A DNA stretch of 64,000 bases from NCBI RefSeq assembly GCF_902459465.1, contig NC_047070.1, forward strand, positions 16,306,001-16,370,000, given 5' to 3'. The position numbers were made by a program, and so were the translations under genes. The stretch's first letter is position 1. Each line of letters starts with the position of its first letter. The notes under the pieces were generated by a model. It worked only from the letters and a program-made list of their open reading frames with translations. It had not been told where the DNA came from and made no database searches. Positions 11,856 through 26,800 of the stretch are shown piece by piece. The DNA is from Asterias rubens. Lineage: Eukaryota.

Positions 11856-14800
11856 GACTTGTAATGCGCACATATCCACCCTGCTGGGTGTTCAAGGCGC
11901 AGTTTCCCTACACTGTTAGAGTTCAAGTGTCTTAATACTTAAAGGTGTCCGTGTAGCTTCGAACTGGTTCAACTCCCTCGCTTAAAGACCCTGAACAAGT
12001 CCAGCCTGGCCAAGCAGCTGTCATGCTTAGGGCCATTATCACAGTACCGACTGGTCATGAATAATGACAAGTGGACCTCTGGGGGCCATTAAACAGTGTC
12101 AGGGGCAATAGCTGTCCATCTGTGGACACAGTGACCTGATCATTGAATTAGATTGCGTCAACTTGGTCACCTTGATAGTAGAGGTGTTTTGGGGATCTAG
12201 TCTAGTAGGGTAATGTATGGGTCTATTCCTTGATGAATACTTATTAAGGACAGACAATCCTCCCAACAAACAAACCCTCTGGAAGCATGGGGGTAGGCAT
12301 GTCTGAAGAGGAATTATACTTTGAAGACTGCATAACTAGCCATTCATGGGCAAACATGTATGTGGACTCTTTGGTTAAGGGGGCAGAGGTGTGTAAATTT
12401 GCCAAAAATTTAACACAGATAAGTACAAATTTCTAATATCGCATGATAAGTCTTCTTTTTATTTTGCTTTTCCCTGGATGTTTGTTAATTTCCATGACTG
12501 TTTTGACTAAATTTGTGTGGAGGCAGTTACCTGCCCCCCCCCCCCCTTGAGTCTTGATGTTGTGGTATATTAACCTGCTAATTACAATGCCAATAACTAC
12601 TCTCTGCATTTGACAAACTATTCAGACAATAAGAAAGTGAGTTTCTTACAAGTAGAGTGAAGAAGGCGGTTTCCTTGGGTTTCTCAGCGTATCGTTCGTA
12701 CTGGTCCAGACTGTCCTGTAGTTTCAGCGTTAGGGTGTCGTAGTTTGTTCGAACAACCTCCAGTACCTTTAAAGGATGAAGCATTGACAAAAATCTACTT
12801 GAAATTTTGCTACTAATTATTTGCCTGATTTACGGTAACGATGGGGGAAAATGGCACAAGCCCACTGGAATTATGATGACAGTCCCCGTCCACCCCTTTG
12901 GATGAATGGAATAGTCTCCATCAACACACAGTTAATGCCAGGACAGTGTCTAAATTAAAGAGAGAGAGCTTGATGCCTACTTAAAGAAAAACCTAATAGG
13001 ATAATGGGTCTCAAAGGCAGAAGCTTAAATAATTTCTTTGTATGTATTTCAAGTGCAAGTGCTTTTCTCAGAAACAGAAGCAATGTGTTTTGTTTTGCAA
13101 TATTTCTTTACACCTTGACTGATGGGATGACTCTTACATCCTACATCAACAGATGATCCCTATCAATCCACTTTCCACGAAAAGAATAATTGCTTTACCC
13201 ACTATAAAGATAAGTGCTTATACAACTATCCCATAATAGAAGGATTGCTTGATTCACTATCCACTATTCAGTATCTATCCCATTGGGAGAACTATCCATT
13301 AATAGAAAAGTGGCTATAACGACCATCCAATGGTTGCTTGATCCACTATTCACTAATCAATATCATATAATAATAATAATTTGGGGGCTAATCAGCTTAC
13401 TCGCAGCTAAGAGCTGAATTGCGAAGGACGTGGCTACAACGTGTTCGAGAAGCAGACATGCAAGGGCGCCTTTTGCTGCCAGCCACATCAACCCATTAAA
13501 ACCACGGAGCACAGCCAAGATCAAAGTGTTTGATTTTTCCCAAGGGAGGAAAACCGGACGGTCTGGAAAACCCTCGTGGCACAGCAGAGAACCAAAGCAC
13601 AACTCAACTCACATATGGCCCCGGTCGGGAATTGAACCGGGGTCACCTTGGTGAGAGGCGAGCACTTTACGCAAATGCCAACCACGCCACCCTTATCCAT
13701 CTCTCTGAGAGAAAAAAACTTCAAACTAACCTGTTCCTCTGTGAGAGCTGCTTGTTTGTTGGCTGCTGACTTAGAGTCGATTTTGGGTGAAAAATGATTG
13801 ATGATTGCTCTGCAGAATAATAACATCACAAGATGAGAAAAATTATATGAAATATTGCAGTTGACTTACATTACAGTTAATGATTTTTCTTCTTCTAAGG
13901 CATTGATAGTTATTGCGTCATTTGTATTTACTTATGGTAGTAATCATTCAAAAGCTTAAAGGAAAGATGTACGTTTGGTAATCAAACTTAAAAATATTGG
14001 AAATAAAAGCTTTCGGTAACAAGTCTACAGCAGCTTTCAAACAAATGTTGAGGAACATTTCACTTTGAAGTAATGTGGTTAAAAGATATAGTTTTTATAC
14101 AGTTCACCAAAATTTGAATCACATATCTGCTTGTTCATTATTGATGTTTACCTGATATTTACTAGACTGCTTGTTAATCTGTTTGCTGTAATCTTGTATT
14201 CTCCATTGTTGGTTGAGTGACGCAGAGCTTCAAGAAGACGGGAAGAGAGAAAGAAATTGGAAAATTTAATTTTTAAGACATAATCAAATACCATATGTGT
14301 ATCTACTTGCTGGGTAGATTATTATCTTTTTTGAACTTGTCTTGCCATTTGTTCTACTGTCGTGGAGTAGGTTTTTTAGAATTCGGGAGACTTCTCAGTT
14401 CTGAAAAGATCTGTCATGCCTCTAAACTACTGGGCGGAAGGTAGGAAAAGCAGTGAAGACTACTTGTGCTTAATAGTGGAGGGGACTTCTTGACATTAAG
14501 TTCACTGCTGCAGTTTCAAGCTGTACAGTAACTAAAGGGTTGATAAAGATGGGGTACCAGCTTTTATTGGTATGTTAAATAATAGAGATGGTTAGATCAA
14601 CCTGATACTAGCTAAGTTCTTGCTCAAAAACAAACTCAATTTGTTTACTTTTTGATATTTCTTGTACTCGTCAAAGCAGTGACAAATTACATAGGAATTG
14701 GTTAAACACTTTACAAAATAAACTGTCATAATAATTGTGAGATACAATAAAAAAAAAAGAAGAAATGTAACAAACCCAGGAAAAGGAAAGAAAATTTAAA

Positions 14801-17800
14801 GAAATAACACAAATCGTTTAGACTTACCCATGGAGTAAAGATTATCAAAGACTTGATGCATGCGGATGAGTTCATAGTACAACTCGTCATAACTGCCAGG
14901 GGTTGGGAGGAAGGTATCGCCGTATGTGATGAAGAGGTTGAATAAATTCACCACCTGTGTAGATCCAGAGGACATTCATTTTATTTAATTTTATTGAATT
15001 GAATTTAATTTTAATTCATTTAACTTAATTTAACTTTATTTAAATTATTCAAATTTAATTTAACTTTTAATTCATTTTATTTAATTTTATTTAACTTGAT
15101 TTCATTTTTTTATATTTGATTTTATTTCAAATTTGTTTCATTTTAGTTCATATCTTTTGTATATCAAGCAATTAGCCACAAGGAAAACTGACTGAGTATT
15201 GTGGTTTGAGCAAACAAACTTTTACTGGGGCGGGACTTGAACCAACATTCTGGATTACATGCCGGTGCTCTACCAACTGAGCTATCTAGCCAAATGTTGG
15301 GGGTTTCCCTATTTTGTAAATATATTAGTTCATGAGTGCCAGTCAGAAAAGCCATTTAAAGGTTAACTGCTGTAAGGCCAGGGATCGCACCCAAGTTTAC
15401 GATACAACCTAGGAAGCAGCAGCCAGGGGCTCACCTTAAGGTGATGGGACATTCAAAGGGGGTATACAGAGGAGGGATTCTTACCTGACATGAGAGTTCA
15501 AATATGTTGCATTTACCGACCAGCGAAGATTCATTGGAAAGGAGAAACTTCAACAAGCTAATCAGAGCTGTGTAAAATAATCAGAAAAATATTATTACTA
15601 TAGAGCAATGTGGATACATATCACTGGTTAAACCGCTGTGGTCTTGATGAAATGGCGGTATATAAAACATTTTTGTATGTATGTATGTATGTATATGCCA
15701 AGTTTCCTTTTCATAGTGCTGCCAACTGTAAGCACACTATAAGGCATACTAACCTTCCATTGCGTACTTTGTGGAAATGAATGACATTTTGTTTAGTTTA
15801 TTTTTCTCACCTGTCCAAACCTCTTTCCATGGATAGTGTAACCGTACTCTGCATTTCTTCTGATAGCATAGGATTCTATGGATCACTCCGGTACATCTCC
15901 TGTGCAAATCAACACCAAAATAGTACAACAGTTTCACTCATCAAATAGTATACAAAATTTTACCAAGCGATAATATTCCTTCCGTCCACGAATTAAAGCC
16001 ACTCAATATTTGTTTTATATAACTGACATATAGATCCTTGTCACTTGATGTATTTTAAAAGTATAACATTATGAAAAATCACACAAATTACTGGTTCGGA
16101 ACAAATTGTATAGCGCCGCGTAGCGGCAACAATGCACAAAGTTAATAGCAATTGGATCACAACCTTTTGCACAGGTGCTCCTTTGTTTTAGCACCGGCGC
16201 GGTGGCGCTGTACTGCTCAAAAACATTGGGAACAAGGATGATCCTAACTGTTGAATGGGAAATGCTATTCCCCATAAGCGAATAGGTCTTTTTGATCGCC
16301 GGTGCGGATGGGATTAATAGTGAATGTTACATTAAGTAAGTTTAACCAATCAAATGACAAGGATCTGTATGTAAGCTTGGGCGGTTCCTTCGGTTACCCG
16401 GTTCTAACCGGTTCCAAATTGAAAACCAGACCGGCGGTTCCACTCTTCTGTGGAACCGGGTACCCGCTTTTGTCGGTTCCGATTTCAAAAGACCGAGTCC
16501 CAATTATAAAAGACTCTGTGGAGCCGATCCTGGGACGAACCGGCTCCAGAAATTGAGGCTTGATGTTGAAAACGGTGACCGCAGATACACTGTGCAAAGG
16601 CTTCAAGCCGACATGAGCATCAACTATCACATGTGGCTGCATTATTATACAACACACAGTGCACAGATGATGCATAGGCATATGCTGAGATATACAGAGT
16701 CCAAAGTCCAACCAGACAGCACGTTGTGATTGGCTGCCGATATATCCATATTCATAAAAGCTTGTCCCATACACAAAACACAAAGTACTATATGCATGTA
16801 CAGGCATGTACACTTCTATGTACAGAGACGGCACACTGCATGCACTACGGACGTACTGCACTACGGACGTACTGCACACTTAAGACGTACTGCATTGCAT
16901 TACGGACGTACTGCTGCCGGCCAAATCAAAGACTTGTATAAATGCATGGAGAATAGGTGCTCGGTGGCACGATGTCTGATTGACTTGGTGGGTATTCTGG
17001 TATTAATTTTTTCGTTAAAAATAGATCAGCTCCAATTGTGTGTATGTGTGTGTGAGCTCCGAACCGATGTCTGATTAACTTGGTTATTTTCAGTTAAAAT
17101 AGATCGGCTCAACGGTGTGTGTGTGAGCTCGGGACGGGCGGCTTATGTTTTATATTGAATTGGAACCGGGTATGTCTCAGAACCGAGCTTTTTTTTGGAA
17201 CCGGAACCGAGCCCCAAATTTCTGGAACCGCCCAAGCTTATCTGTATGTCAGTTATATAATAACAAATATCAACATGGAAATAATCTAGGAAATCCAATT
17301 CACACCAATCCAATATCATAAAGTTGGTAGATAGAATACAAGCTGAGCAAAGAATAATAATTTGTTGATTTATATCGAGCCCATTCCATAAAATGTACAC
17401 AAGCGTATACACAAATAATTAGACAACAATTCAAAAGCTAACAACTGGTTAAAGCAAGGAAATACCACAACCACCCCCCACCCACCCTTACAAATGAAAA
17501 CACAAGACCCTTTACAGGACTTCCCCCAACAGTAAAAAAAACCCATTAACATAAAGACAAGTAGGGTTTAAACTTTGCATGGTGGAAATACTCAAGTTGA
17601 AACCAATACCCCAACTCAATTAGAGATTATCGTTACATGGTGTTACCGCAAACCTTTCCATCACATAAAGACAGTAGATATAAAAATGCATTGACAAAAA
17701 GACAGACTGCTTTGAAAGGCAAACAAACTAGCAGGGCACAAGGGCCGAGGACCTTTTCCCAAATAAAAAAGGTTCAAGAAAGCCAATTAATACTTACAGG

Positions 17801-20800
17801 TAAAGATCCAGTGGAAGACACTTCATCATATGACTCATTATAAACTCAACCATTAAATCTGATTGGAAAGAGACAAAGAAAGATAAATATGTTTTGTTCC
17901 TTGTTAAGTGTGGCCTATCATGGCTAAGAGGTTGGGCCTACTGGATTTGAGCTCTGGTGTTCAGCAGAGTGTGGGTTCGAGTCCTGGTTGTGACATTTTG
18001 TGTCATTACGTAAAACACTTAACAAACATTGCTTCGTCCTTCAGATAGGACGTAAAGCTGTTGGTGTTGTAATCACTATCAGGGGTTCACTGTTTGGTAT
18101 GTTTCAATCATGTGTGTATAACTCATAATACAATTGATTCACATCAGTTGACTTGTGCTCAACTCCTGCGAAAAACTCAAACCGGAACAAGGACTTCGCA
18201 GGAAGTATGAACTTTGCAGGAAGTATGAACCGAGCTTCAGGGGTTAAAATATTAAACAAACATCAGCAATCAGAATGAAAAAGGAGGAATATCATGCCTG
18301 CCCATTGGTGATTGATGGAATTATTTATGGTAAATAATAATAATAACACCATTTATATAGTGCCTTTTCCTAAGGTTGCAAAGCGCTCAGAGAATGATAG
18401 GAAAATAAACAGCAATGGGAATGTATGTAACCTACCTAAGACTGCACAAGCCAGCGGTCTGGATGCCCATACCATCTCTGTTGATGCTTTCCTATGCCTC
18501 ATTGGCTGTGAATACAATAATATATAGAAAGATATTACTAAACATTGACACTAAACTTGTTAAGTTTGGCCTTGTCTGTACAAATCAGCGCCACTTGGAG
18601 CAAGTTCAAGCAGCGATCATTTGTCAACCTCTAATCAATGTTCCATGGTTACCTACGCACGCAATATATCCTGGGTACCAGGCAAAATAGCCTTCAGAAC
18701 CTTAAGAAATTTAAACTGTATGAAAATGCCTGGAGTGGCTTTTGAAACATAAAGTTTGTCATTTGGTCAGATTCCCTAGGTCAATGGCATCAAATCTGGA
18801 TTTGAAGTACTTAAAGTCGGGTTAAGTCCCTAACTCGCACTTAACCAAGCTACAAATGTGCAGACCCTCATGCATGTAAGCTCCTACAATTTTTTGTTTT
18901 TTTGTTTTTTTGTTTTTTTGTCAAGGAATACATGGAGAAGATACTACAAAAGTTATCTTGCAATACTGAAACAAAAGCGACTACTTACAGCTCTGAATAG
19001 TGGAACACGGAAGGACAGATTGGCGTCATGTAGGAATGAGTTGGCGTACTGGTCCTGTACAAATAGGATCCAAAGTTTGTTGGTTGTAAAAAATCCTCTG
19101 AGATCAGGCCTGGAATTTCATCTTTGAAAGGGCAAGGCCATTTTCATTTTGTAAAGGGCACATCCATTGGGAAATCTTAAAGTCCAGGGAAATGTTTTGA
19201 AGGAGCACCAGGGAGAATACCACAGGCAAAAGAGGCTATGGCCTCCATTTACCTCTTTCACATGTCGACCAGTTGCTAGTAATTGGTTTAAATCCCTCCA
19301 GAAAAATAGTTGTAAAACAAAAAATAAAGACGACATACATAGTTTTAAATAGAAGAGAAAATACAAAATGGTCACATACAGTGAACAAAAAAAACGGTTT
19401 TCTGCTTAAAATTCAATATTTCACTGGTCTAAATATTTTGATAATAGTTTGATGTGGTAGTCTTTTTGTCACTTACCTCAGCAATGCATGTGAGAATTAT
19501 AATACACAGTTTGGTGTTGTTCTGTCTCCGCTCCTCTGTTATGAAAATCAAACACAGGCAAAATCAAAAGACAAAACTAAGCAAACATAAAGAAAAGTCT
19601 GGTAGTGTAGTCTCAAACAAAAAGTCACAAAATTTCCATTGGAAAATCTTAAGGTCTACTGGAATCTTCTGAAGGGGCACCAAGGCAACGATCAGGGACA
19701 ATTTCCTTACAGGGTGCCCTTTAACAAGAACAAAATGCCCTGGTGCCCGTGCCCTTTCATAAATATATGGCCTGCATGTAATAAATTCCATTCCTGTTAC
19801 GTAATAATTTTTACATAAGAATCAAAACCATAAGACGTACCTTTTAGGTCTTGCATGACCATAGAGCAGTATGTGAGAAATGTGACCAGGATATTGGTGG
19901 GTGTTTCAGTGGCAGCTGGTAATGACCCCTCTGGATGGAGACCTAAGAAACAGCAGCAGAAAATACAGTCTTGGAATGTGGAAGTATGAGACCTATTTCC
20001 TTTATCAATCAATCAATCAATCGTTAATCCACCAATCGTTGCTCATAGGGTCGTACAGTAGAGTTTTGAAAAAAGATGAGATGAGCAACATTTTGAAATT
20101 TGCTAATGAAGTAGATTGCCTGATGTTCTGAGGAAGATGATTCTACATCCTTGGTGCTGCGATAGAAAAGGCTGGATCCCCCCAACTGTGTTCTTTGAAT
20201 GTGAAAAAGTGAAGTGTCGGAACAGGAACGCAGATTTCTGACAGGTTCTTTGATTGACAATAAGTCAATGAGATATGAAGGGGCTGAGGCATTGAGGCAG
20301 CGAAAAACAGCACTATGTAATGGTTTATAAGGTGCTGTGGTGCAATATACAGCTGATCAAACCAGGAACTGAACTGACTATTTCTTCTGATTCATGTGTT
20401 ACCAAACTTGCTGTTTTCATTTTGTTTTTGCCAGACCATTGCCATTGACGACCTTCTGGCACTCTTCCATCTGAGCTATCTAGACCTAATATTTAAAAAA
20501 ATTCAATTTATTTGCATCCACAGGAAAATATACAAAGTATGGTTTGAAAAAAACAATCAAAAAATTGTCAAAGCGCTTACAATACAGGAACGCATTCTAC
20601 TATCAAAACACTACTTAAACCCAAATTGAGGCAAGCATTAGAGAAAAGGAAAGAGCCAAAAAACGACATAGACAACTTGAACGATTAATGACACAACAAC
20701 CCACCAAAATGTCAACAATAAGGGACTACAATGCAGAAGTCAGAAATAGTCTGCTGAGAAGGATAATGTTGGGAATATCCCTACTTTGTCAATATGGGGA

Positions 20801-23800
20801 GGAGGTTGATAACTGGAACTTACTCTGTGCAGCACTTGGCACTGCCGGGGGTGATGGTGGGCAAGAGGTTGAGGGAACTGGCTGCATTGGCTGGGCATGA
20901 TTCTGCAGAAAAAGAAAAGAAAATAGTCAACCGCAGTTCTAGCACACAAGGGCTGACCTACATGTACACATGGTGTAGGCAGTAATAGATTTTTAAGGCC
21001 ATTTCAAAATCATGATATTCTGATTTTTCCACTGGCAACAAAATAAATCGGAAAACAAAATAGGAAGAATATATCGCGCTCAATAATATAACCTTGATGT
21101 AATTTTGGCTGGTAACCTGTTTCTGTTGAGCAATACTTTTCTATGCTAAGTTTTTGTGCTAGCAGGCTTTATGAAATTGGGCCCTGCTCATTTCTGCATA
21201 GGATGGGATTACCAATGGGTTTCAACAAGATAAAACACGGGGAAAGAAACCTCTATGTCACTCCAATTACTTACATGTGACAGTACTGTCAAGAAATTTC
21301 TGTTGAGATGTACGGCTTCATACAAAGCAAGCAGGATGCAATTGTCAGGATCGATTCTGAATTGAAAAAGAGATAAAAAATTACTTATCAATCTCCAATG
21401 CAACAATTATATGAAAGCAAAGACCCTAACTAACTAACTGGTAAATGTCCTGGAGGAGTTTTTGCTCTTAGACGAGCCGTTGTGGTCGCATGTTTCAAAC
21501 AGTATACGCTGTTTTTAAACAAGATTTACACATTGGTGTACCTCATACCCCACCTTGTCCTCAAAAATTTACAAAAAACAAGCTTCAATACTTTGGTCAC
21601 ATATCCAGTAGAGAGGGGGACAACCTTGAGAAGATGGTTGTGCAAGGATATGTGTTGAAGGTAGTCGTGCACGTGGCCGTCAAAAACTTTGTTGGACAGA
21701 CGGAATCAAAGAACTCAATGGCCTATCAATAACCGATGCATATCGGTCTGCATTGGACAGGCAGAAGTGGAACTCCATCATAACCAGGGTCACAAAGGGT
21801 CAGCACTGACTCATAGGACGACAACGACGACGTACCTCATTCTTCCCACCCTCACCATGCAAAGTTTCAACATATAAAAGTTTTGTTAACGGCACTGGAC
21901 ACGTAAGGTAATTACTAAAAAAATATATATTAGCATAGGCATGTGAAAGCACACACATTTTGTGCAACAAGGGTATTTTTTCTTTCATTATTCTCTCGCA
22001 ACTTTGTTCACCAATTGAGTCAAAATTTTCACAGTTTTTTTAATGCATTTGTTGATATACTTAGTGAGAATACTAGTTTTTTACAATTACCAAAGGTGTC
22101 CAGTGCCTTTAATGAAAAACATGAATGGAACTGACATAGTTGATTAATGTATGATGGGAAAAAAAATGGCTGACCTTGTTTGCGTGTGACCATTTGTATC
22201 AGCAACAAACATGCTGCCCACCTAGATCAATTAACAATAAAACAATGGATCAATTAGCAAGGCTTAATTAGTACAGGTAGAAAATTTGTAGGGGAAAGTG
22301 GTCAATATAAATTTCACTGTAACCACTACATCAAAAACAAGGTGCAAGAGTAATAAATAGATTCGTGCAGCACACTGTAGCATAGCATATATCATATTTA
22401 AATGAGCTAATGAATATTCATAAAACTACACTTTTAGCCCAATGTACATATCCAAAATATTTTCTGAGCATTTCAACATTTTAAAAGATGTGCAAATATA
22501 CAACAAATGTGTAGTGAAACTTGAAAGCGAACTGTAAAAAATACCTCATGGCTTTTTTAAGGATGTTTGAAAAACAAATTATGCAAATGTGCAACCACCA
22601 TGAGTAGAAGTGCACAGCATTAACCACTAGTAGTTTTCTCACAATTTTGAAAGTTAGATCCTTCTAAGGTCAACGGGAGATGATGATTGGTTATTCATGC
22701 TCTATACATGAGACATGTCACCATTTATCCTTGTTACATTCTGACATGAAACCATCTGATCCCCTTCACTAAAACAAAAGGATCTTTTCTTTACAAAAAT
22801 AACAAAAAACAAATATTCGCAAGTCTAATGTTTACATGCGATATATTTCTAAAATAAATTTGAAAACGTTGAGAGATTTCTTGGTATCGCTTAATGGTAA
22901 GAAAATTCTAGCAGAGAAATGTCTTCAAGCGCGACTGTATTTTTAAGGTAATAAATGAAGTTGGGCAGCCATCTTGTGCCTTCACTATGGATTTACATTG
23001 TAATTGATTTTCATACAGTAAGGAGGGGGGGTAGCATGCCTTTTTGCTTTTTGGAATGTGAAATATCCATGGGTGTCATTCCAGCAAGCAAATATTTTGT
23101 TATATCATTGATAGCAATTGTCATTGTCTGCACTGATCTATTGTTTCATCAGAAGAGTTGCTTCCTGCAGTGGCATCCAGTGAAAATTTCACATTTCAGC
23201 CCAAGTTCCATTTCTTCACCTTTGGTGCTCTATTATCTTTGGTTTAAAGGTCAAATATACCTTTGGTTTTGGATCTGCTTGGTTGTAATCCTATATGAAT
23301 GTAGATATATACAGGGTGCGTTCAATTAGCTTCCATGTGTCAACCCCGGGGTGCTCATTCAGGTGAGCCCCTGACAAGAGCTAATCGAACGATCACTCAC
23401 CCTCTCGTAGTGACGTCATACACCTCGGGCCAGCCCCAAGTGACCCGTTCCACAAGCAGGGCACTTGGGGCTGACCCGGGTGAGCCCCTGGAATGATGTC
23501 AAAGCTATTCCAACGTACCGGGGGCAGATTGGGGCTAATCGAACGCACCCACAATAAAACAAGAGTGTTGACATTACATCACACAATGAAAATAAAGGAA
23601 ACTTGACACAAACACTTACCATGTTCGTAATGGCTGAAAACCAACCAGTGTATGCAGTATCATCTTGCTCTAGTTTGAACTGACTGCAATAAAACCAACA
23701 TAGAAGAATTTAATAACTGTGGCTTCTCTGTGTAAAAAAACCTAAAGCACTTTAGAATTTGCGAGTCTAACTCGACTGCCGCAGCAGATCAAAGGAGGCA

Positions 23801-26800
23801 AGCATGGAAAGCCTGAGCCAGCAATCCTCAAGAAGACGTCGCATCCATCATTCCCTTGGAACTGCCAATGTACCTCAGGTTTATGGACTGGCCTCATCAT
23901 TACATGAGCAACCACAAACAAACCAAGGCCCATGGCTCTGCTTGCTGCTGAATTCCAGGCTAGCGATCATCGTTCTCCGCTAACGGGGCAAGCGCCAAAT
24001 TCCTGCTTCGTGTAAGCAGAGAATGTCTAGTAATGTCACAAAAGTCACACAAGCAAACATTCCCTGCTAACCAGTGAAATATGCTTGATGTACATGTAAG
24101 TGCATAACTCCTAGCTTACATATGCGCCGATTCTTTACTAATTCTGTATAGCAACTTCTAGGATGGGTGCTCACGTGTTCGCAGTCTCTTAGACAACCAC
24201 GCAAAAGCTTGCCCTGAATCATTAGACATAGCAACTGTCTCTTAAGTCTGAGGAACTCAAATTTAAGAGGTAACCTGGACTAAAAAAAGCAAGAAATTGT
24301 ACCAGACATTATTCAAATCTAACTAGCAAATGGCGTATTGTGAATGCCTTGAGACATGCAAGAACACTTACCTGTTGTAACTTGCTAGTGTTAGAGAAAT
24401 AACAGCACCAAGTCCCTGTCGAAAAAGGAGAAAAAAAGGATTTGAGGCATTGCATGGTGAGGTAGCAATATATATTTGGTTTGCGATAACACCATGTGTG
24501 TTTCTACTTGCCAGGTAAATTTGTTCTTAGAGAACTGTCTAGTTTTATTCTACTACCGCGGAGTAGATTGATCGGGTGTTCGGGAGATGTTTAGATATGA
24601 AATGCAATCTGGGGAAATCTGACCTGGGCAGCACTGTGTATTTTGCTCAGAGTGCAGGCTCGCCCGTCAACGCCCACTGTAGGTACATCACTGTTTACAT
24701 CTTCTCTTTTATTCATCCTATCTTAAATCCCTTTTTTTGTAGTTTGTTTGTTTGCCAAGGGATTTTTTAGTGCTAGGAAGCAGTGTTTTGTAACAAGTGT
24801 GCAATGTTTTCCCTGTAGCCTTTTATTCTTATAAAGTTCAGTGCATTTTTGTAGTTTGTATGTTTAGAGCTGGGATCCATGGGAGATCAGTGAGTCTTAT
24901 CAAAAAGCCAAATCTATTGTACTTACTGTGAGTGCCAGTTCATCATCCATAATAGATAGCTTGACAATGTAAGGATTGGCCGACTGCAAAGAAAACATCA
25001 GAAAGAATGTCATCTTCAAAATATAGAGCCTGGAATATTACAAATTTAGCATATGGATACCTATTTAAAAAAAAAATAATAATAATAGACATCTCTTAAA
25101 GAGCCCATATCACCAGAAGGTCCCTATGCGTTTTGAAGAGAGAAAGAAATATGTTAAAAAAGGCAGAAAAGAATTAAAATTTGTGACAACATTGATTGAA
25201 CAAATGTATTTATTTCCATACCTCATACTTTCTGTAGTTGACGAGAAGAGTGAGAAGTAATACTGCTTCGTACCCATGCTCCTGCCTTGATGAAGGGTTT
25301 CCCAATATCTGCAATATTGAAGAAAGAGTATAATAATAGTCAAACCTTTATCATGGTACAACTGGAGAAGACTAGTTCTTTTCGTTTAGGTCGTGACAAG
25401 TATCATGCCGGTTATGGGCACAACAACCACAACTGTGCAGGGAAAAGTATGTAATTATCATTATTTTTGTTTACATTACTATTTTGGTTAACAGGAAGGG
25501 AACAAAATTAACTGTATTGAGTTGCCCAGATCAGAAATTAATAAATATTCTTTGATAACAAGTACCAACAGCACAACAAGCCACAACTGTGCAGCGAAAA
25601 GTATGTCCATTTTTTGTTACATAAATATTTTTATAAACAGGAAGGGAAAAAAATGAATTGTATTGAGTGGCCCAGATCAGAAATGATAAATATTCTTTTT
25701 TTGAACAAGAACCTACCTGTAGAATAGATTCAAACACGCTGTTTATCATCAGATATTCCAGAATGGTGTTTTGACTCACGTTATCTGTCACCTTTATTTC
25801 GGGGGAGAACAAACAAGCAAAGTACATAATTATAATATGGTTTTCACCAATACATTGATGTTTGTAAAGAATTTTAATTTTTCTAAATACTTTCCAGACT
25901 CCTGTGAACTGACCGTGGCTAAGACGAGGAGAAGTCTGAGAGCCAGATTCTTGAGACTGACAGAGTAGACGCCGGTAAGAATGGAATTTAACCTCTCCAC
26001 CAAATTCTGCAAAACAAAGTAAACAAATACAAACATGTTTTTATTAAATATATATTGACCCAATTTCAAGGAGCTGCTTGACCGGAAAATCCTGCAAAAC
26101 AATTCTGCTTAGCAAAAGTTGCAGGATGCCAGTCACAGATAGAACATATTAAATGCTATTTTGGTTGGTTATATTTATATTCTGGTAAGCATAATTGCAA
26201 TATTCTTAAGATAGTTTTTGTACTTTCAGCAGCTTGATGAAATTGGAAAAGCATGTATTCTGTGACATCATGTTTAACAAAAAAGAAGCTGAGCCTGGTG
26301 CCGATTTCACAGAGAGCTAAGACTGATCATAAAGGGGAGGTTTACATTCGGTGACCACTCTTAAAATCAATCGTAATAAAACTTTCTTGGCTAGAAGTAC
26401 AGCAGCTTCAATAGTATAAAGCAATTTGAGAATCACTTCACTTTGAAATCTATAATCAATAATTACCCATCCTGTAATTTGAAAACGCCATTTACTGAAG
26501 TAAAATGTAAACCTTCCTTACCGTCATGAGACTTTCAGCTGCATCAAAACCAATCAGGATGTTGATGACGTCGAAGCCATGGTCCGATAAAGTCTTTTTA
26601 TGAACCCCTCTCACTAAAGCACACAGTGTCTACAGCAAAAGACAACAACACAAGGTTACCACATGGGTAGGAAAAGACATGCATGTAATGCTTGATAATG
26701 GTAATTTGAAAGTAAAGATGTTCATTTAGCAAACTCATAAATTTTGCCACTACTCTAGTGGCTTCATCAGACTGGCAGCGCATCAAAGCTGGTTTTCTCC

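Noticed and set aside
15221-15291. Possible tRNA gene
   Set aside because: A and B boxes present but anticodon and acceptor stems do not pair; embedded in a dispersed repeat.
23828-23900. C/D snoRNA-like boxes (ATGATGA, CTGA, ATGATGG, TTGA) in ARMH3 intron 10
   Set aside because: Terminal D box is TTGA, no terminal stem, no recognised rRNA guide; could be settled by snoscan/Infernal.
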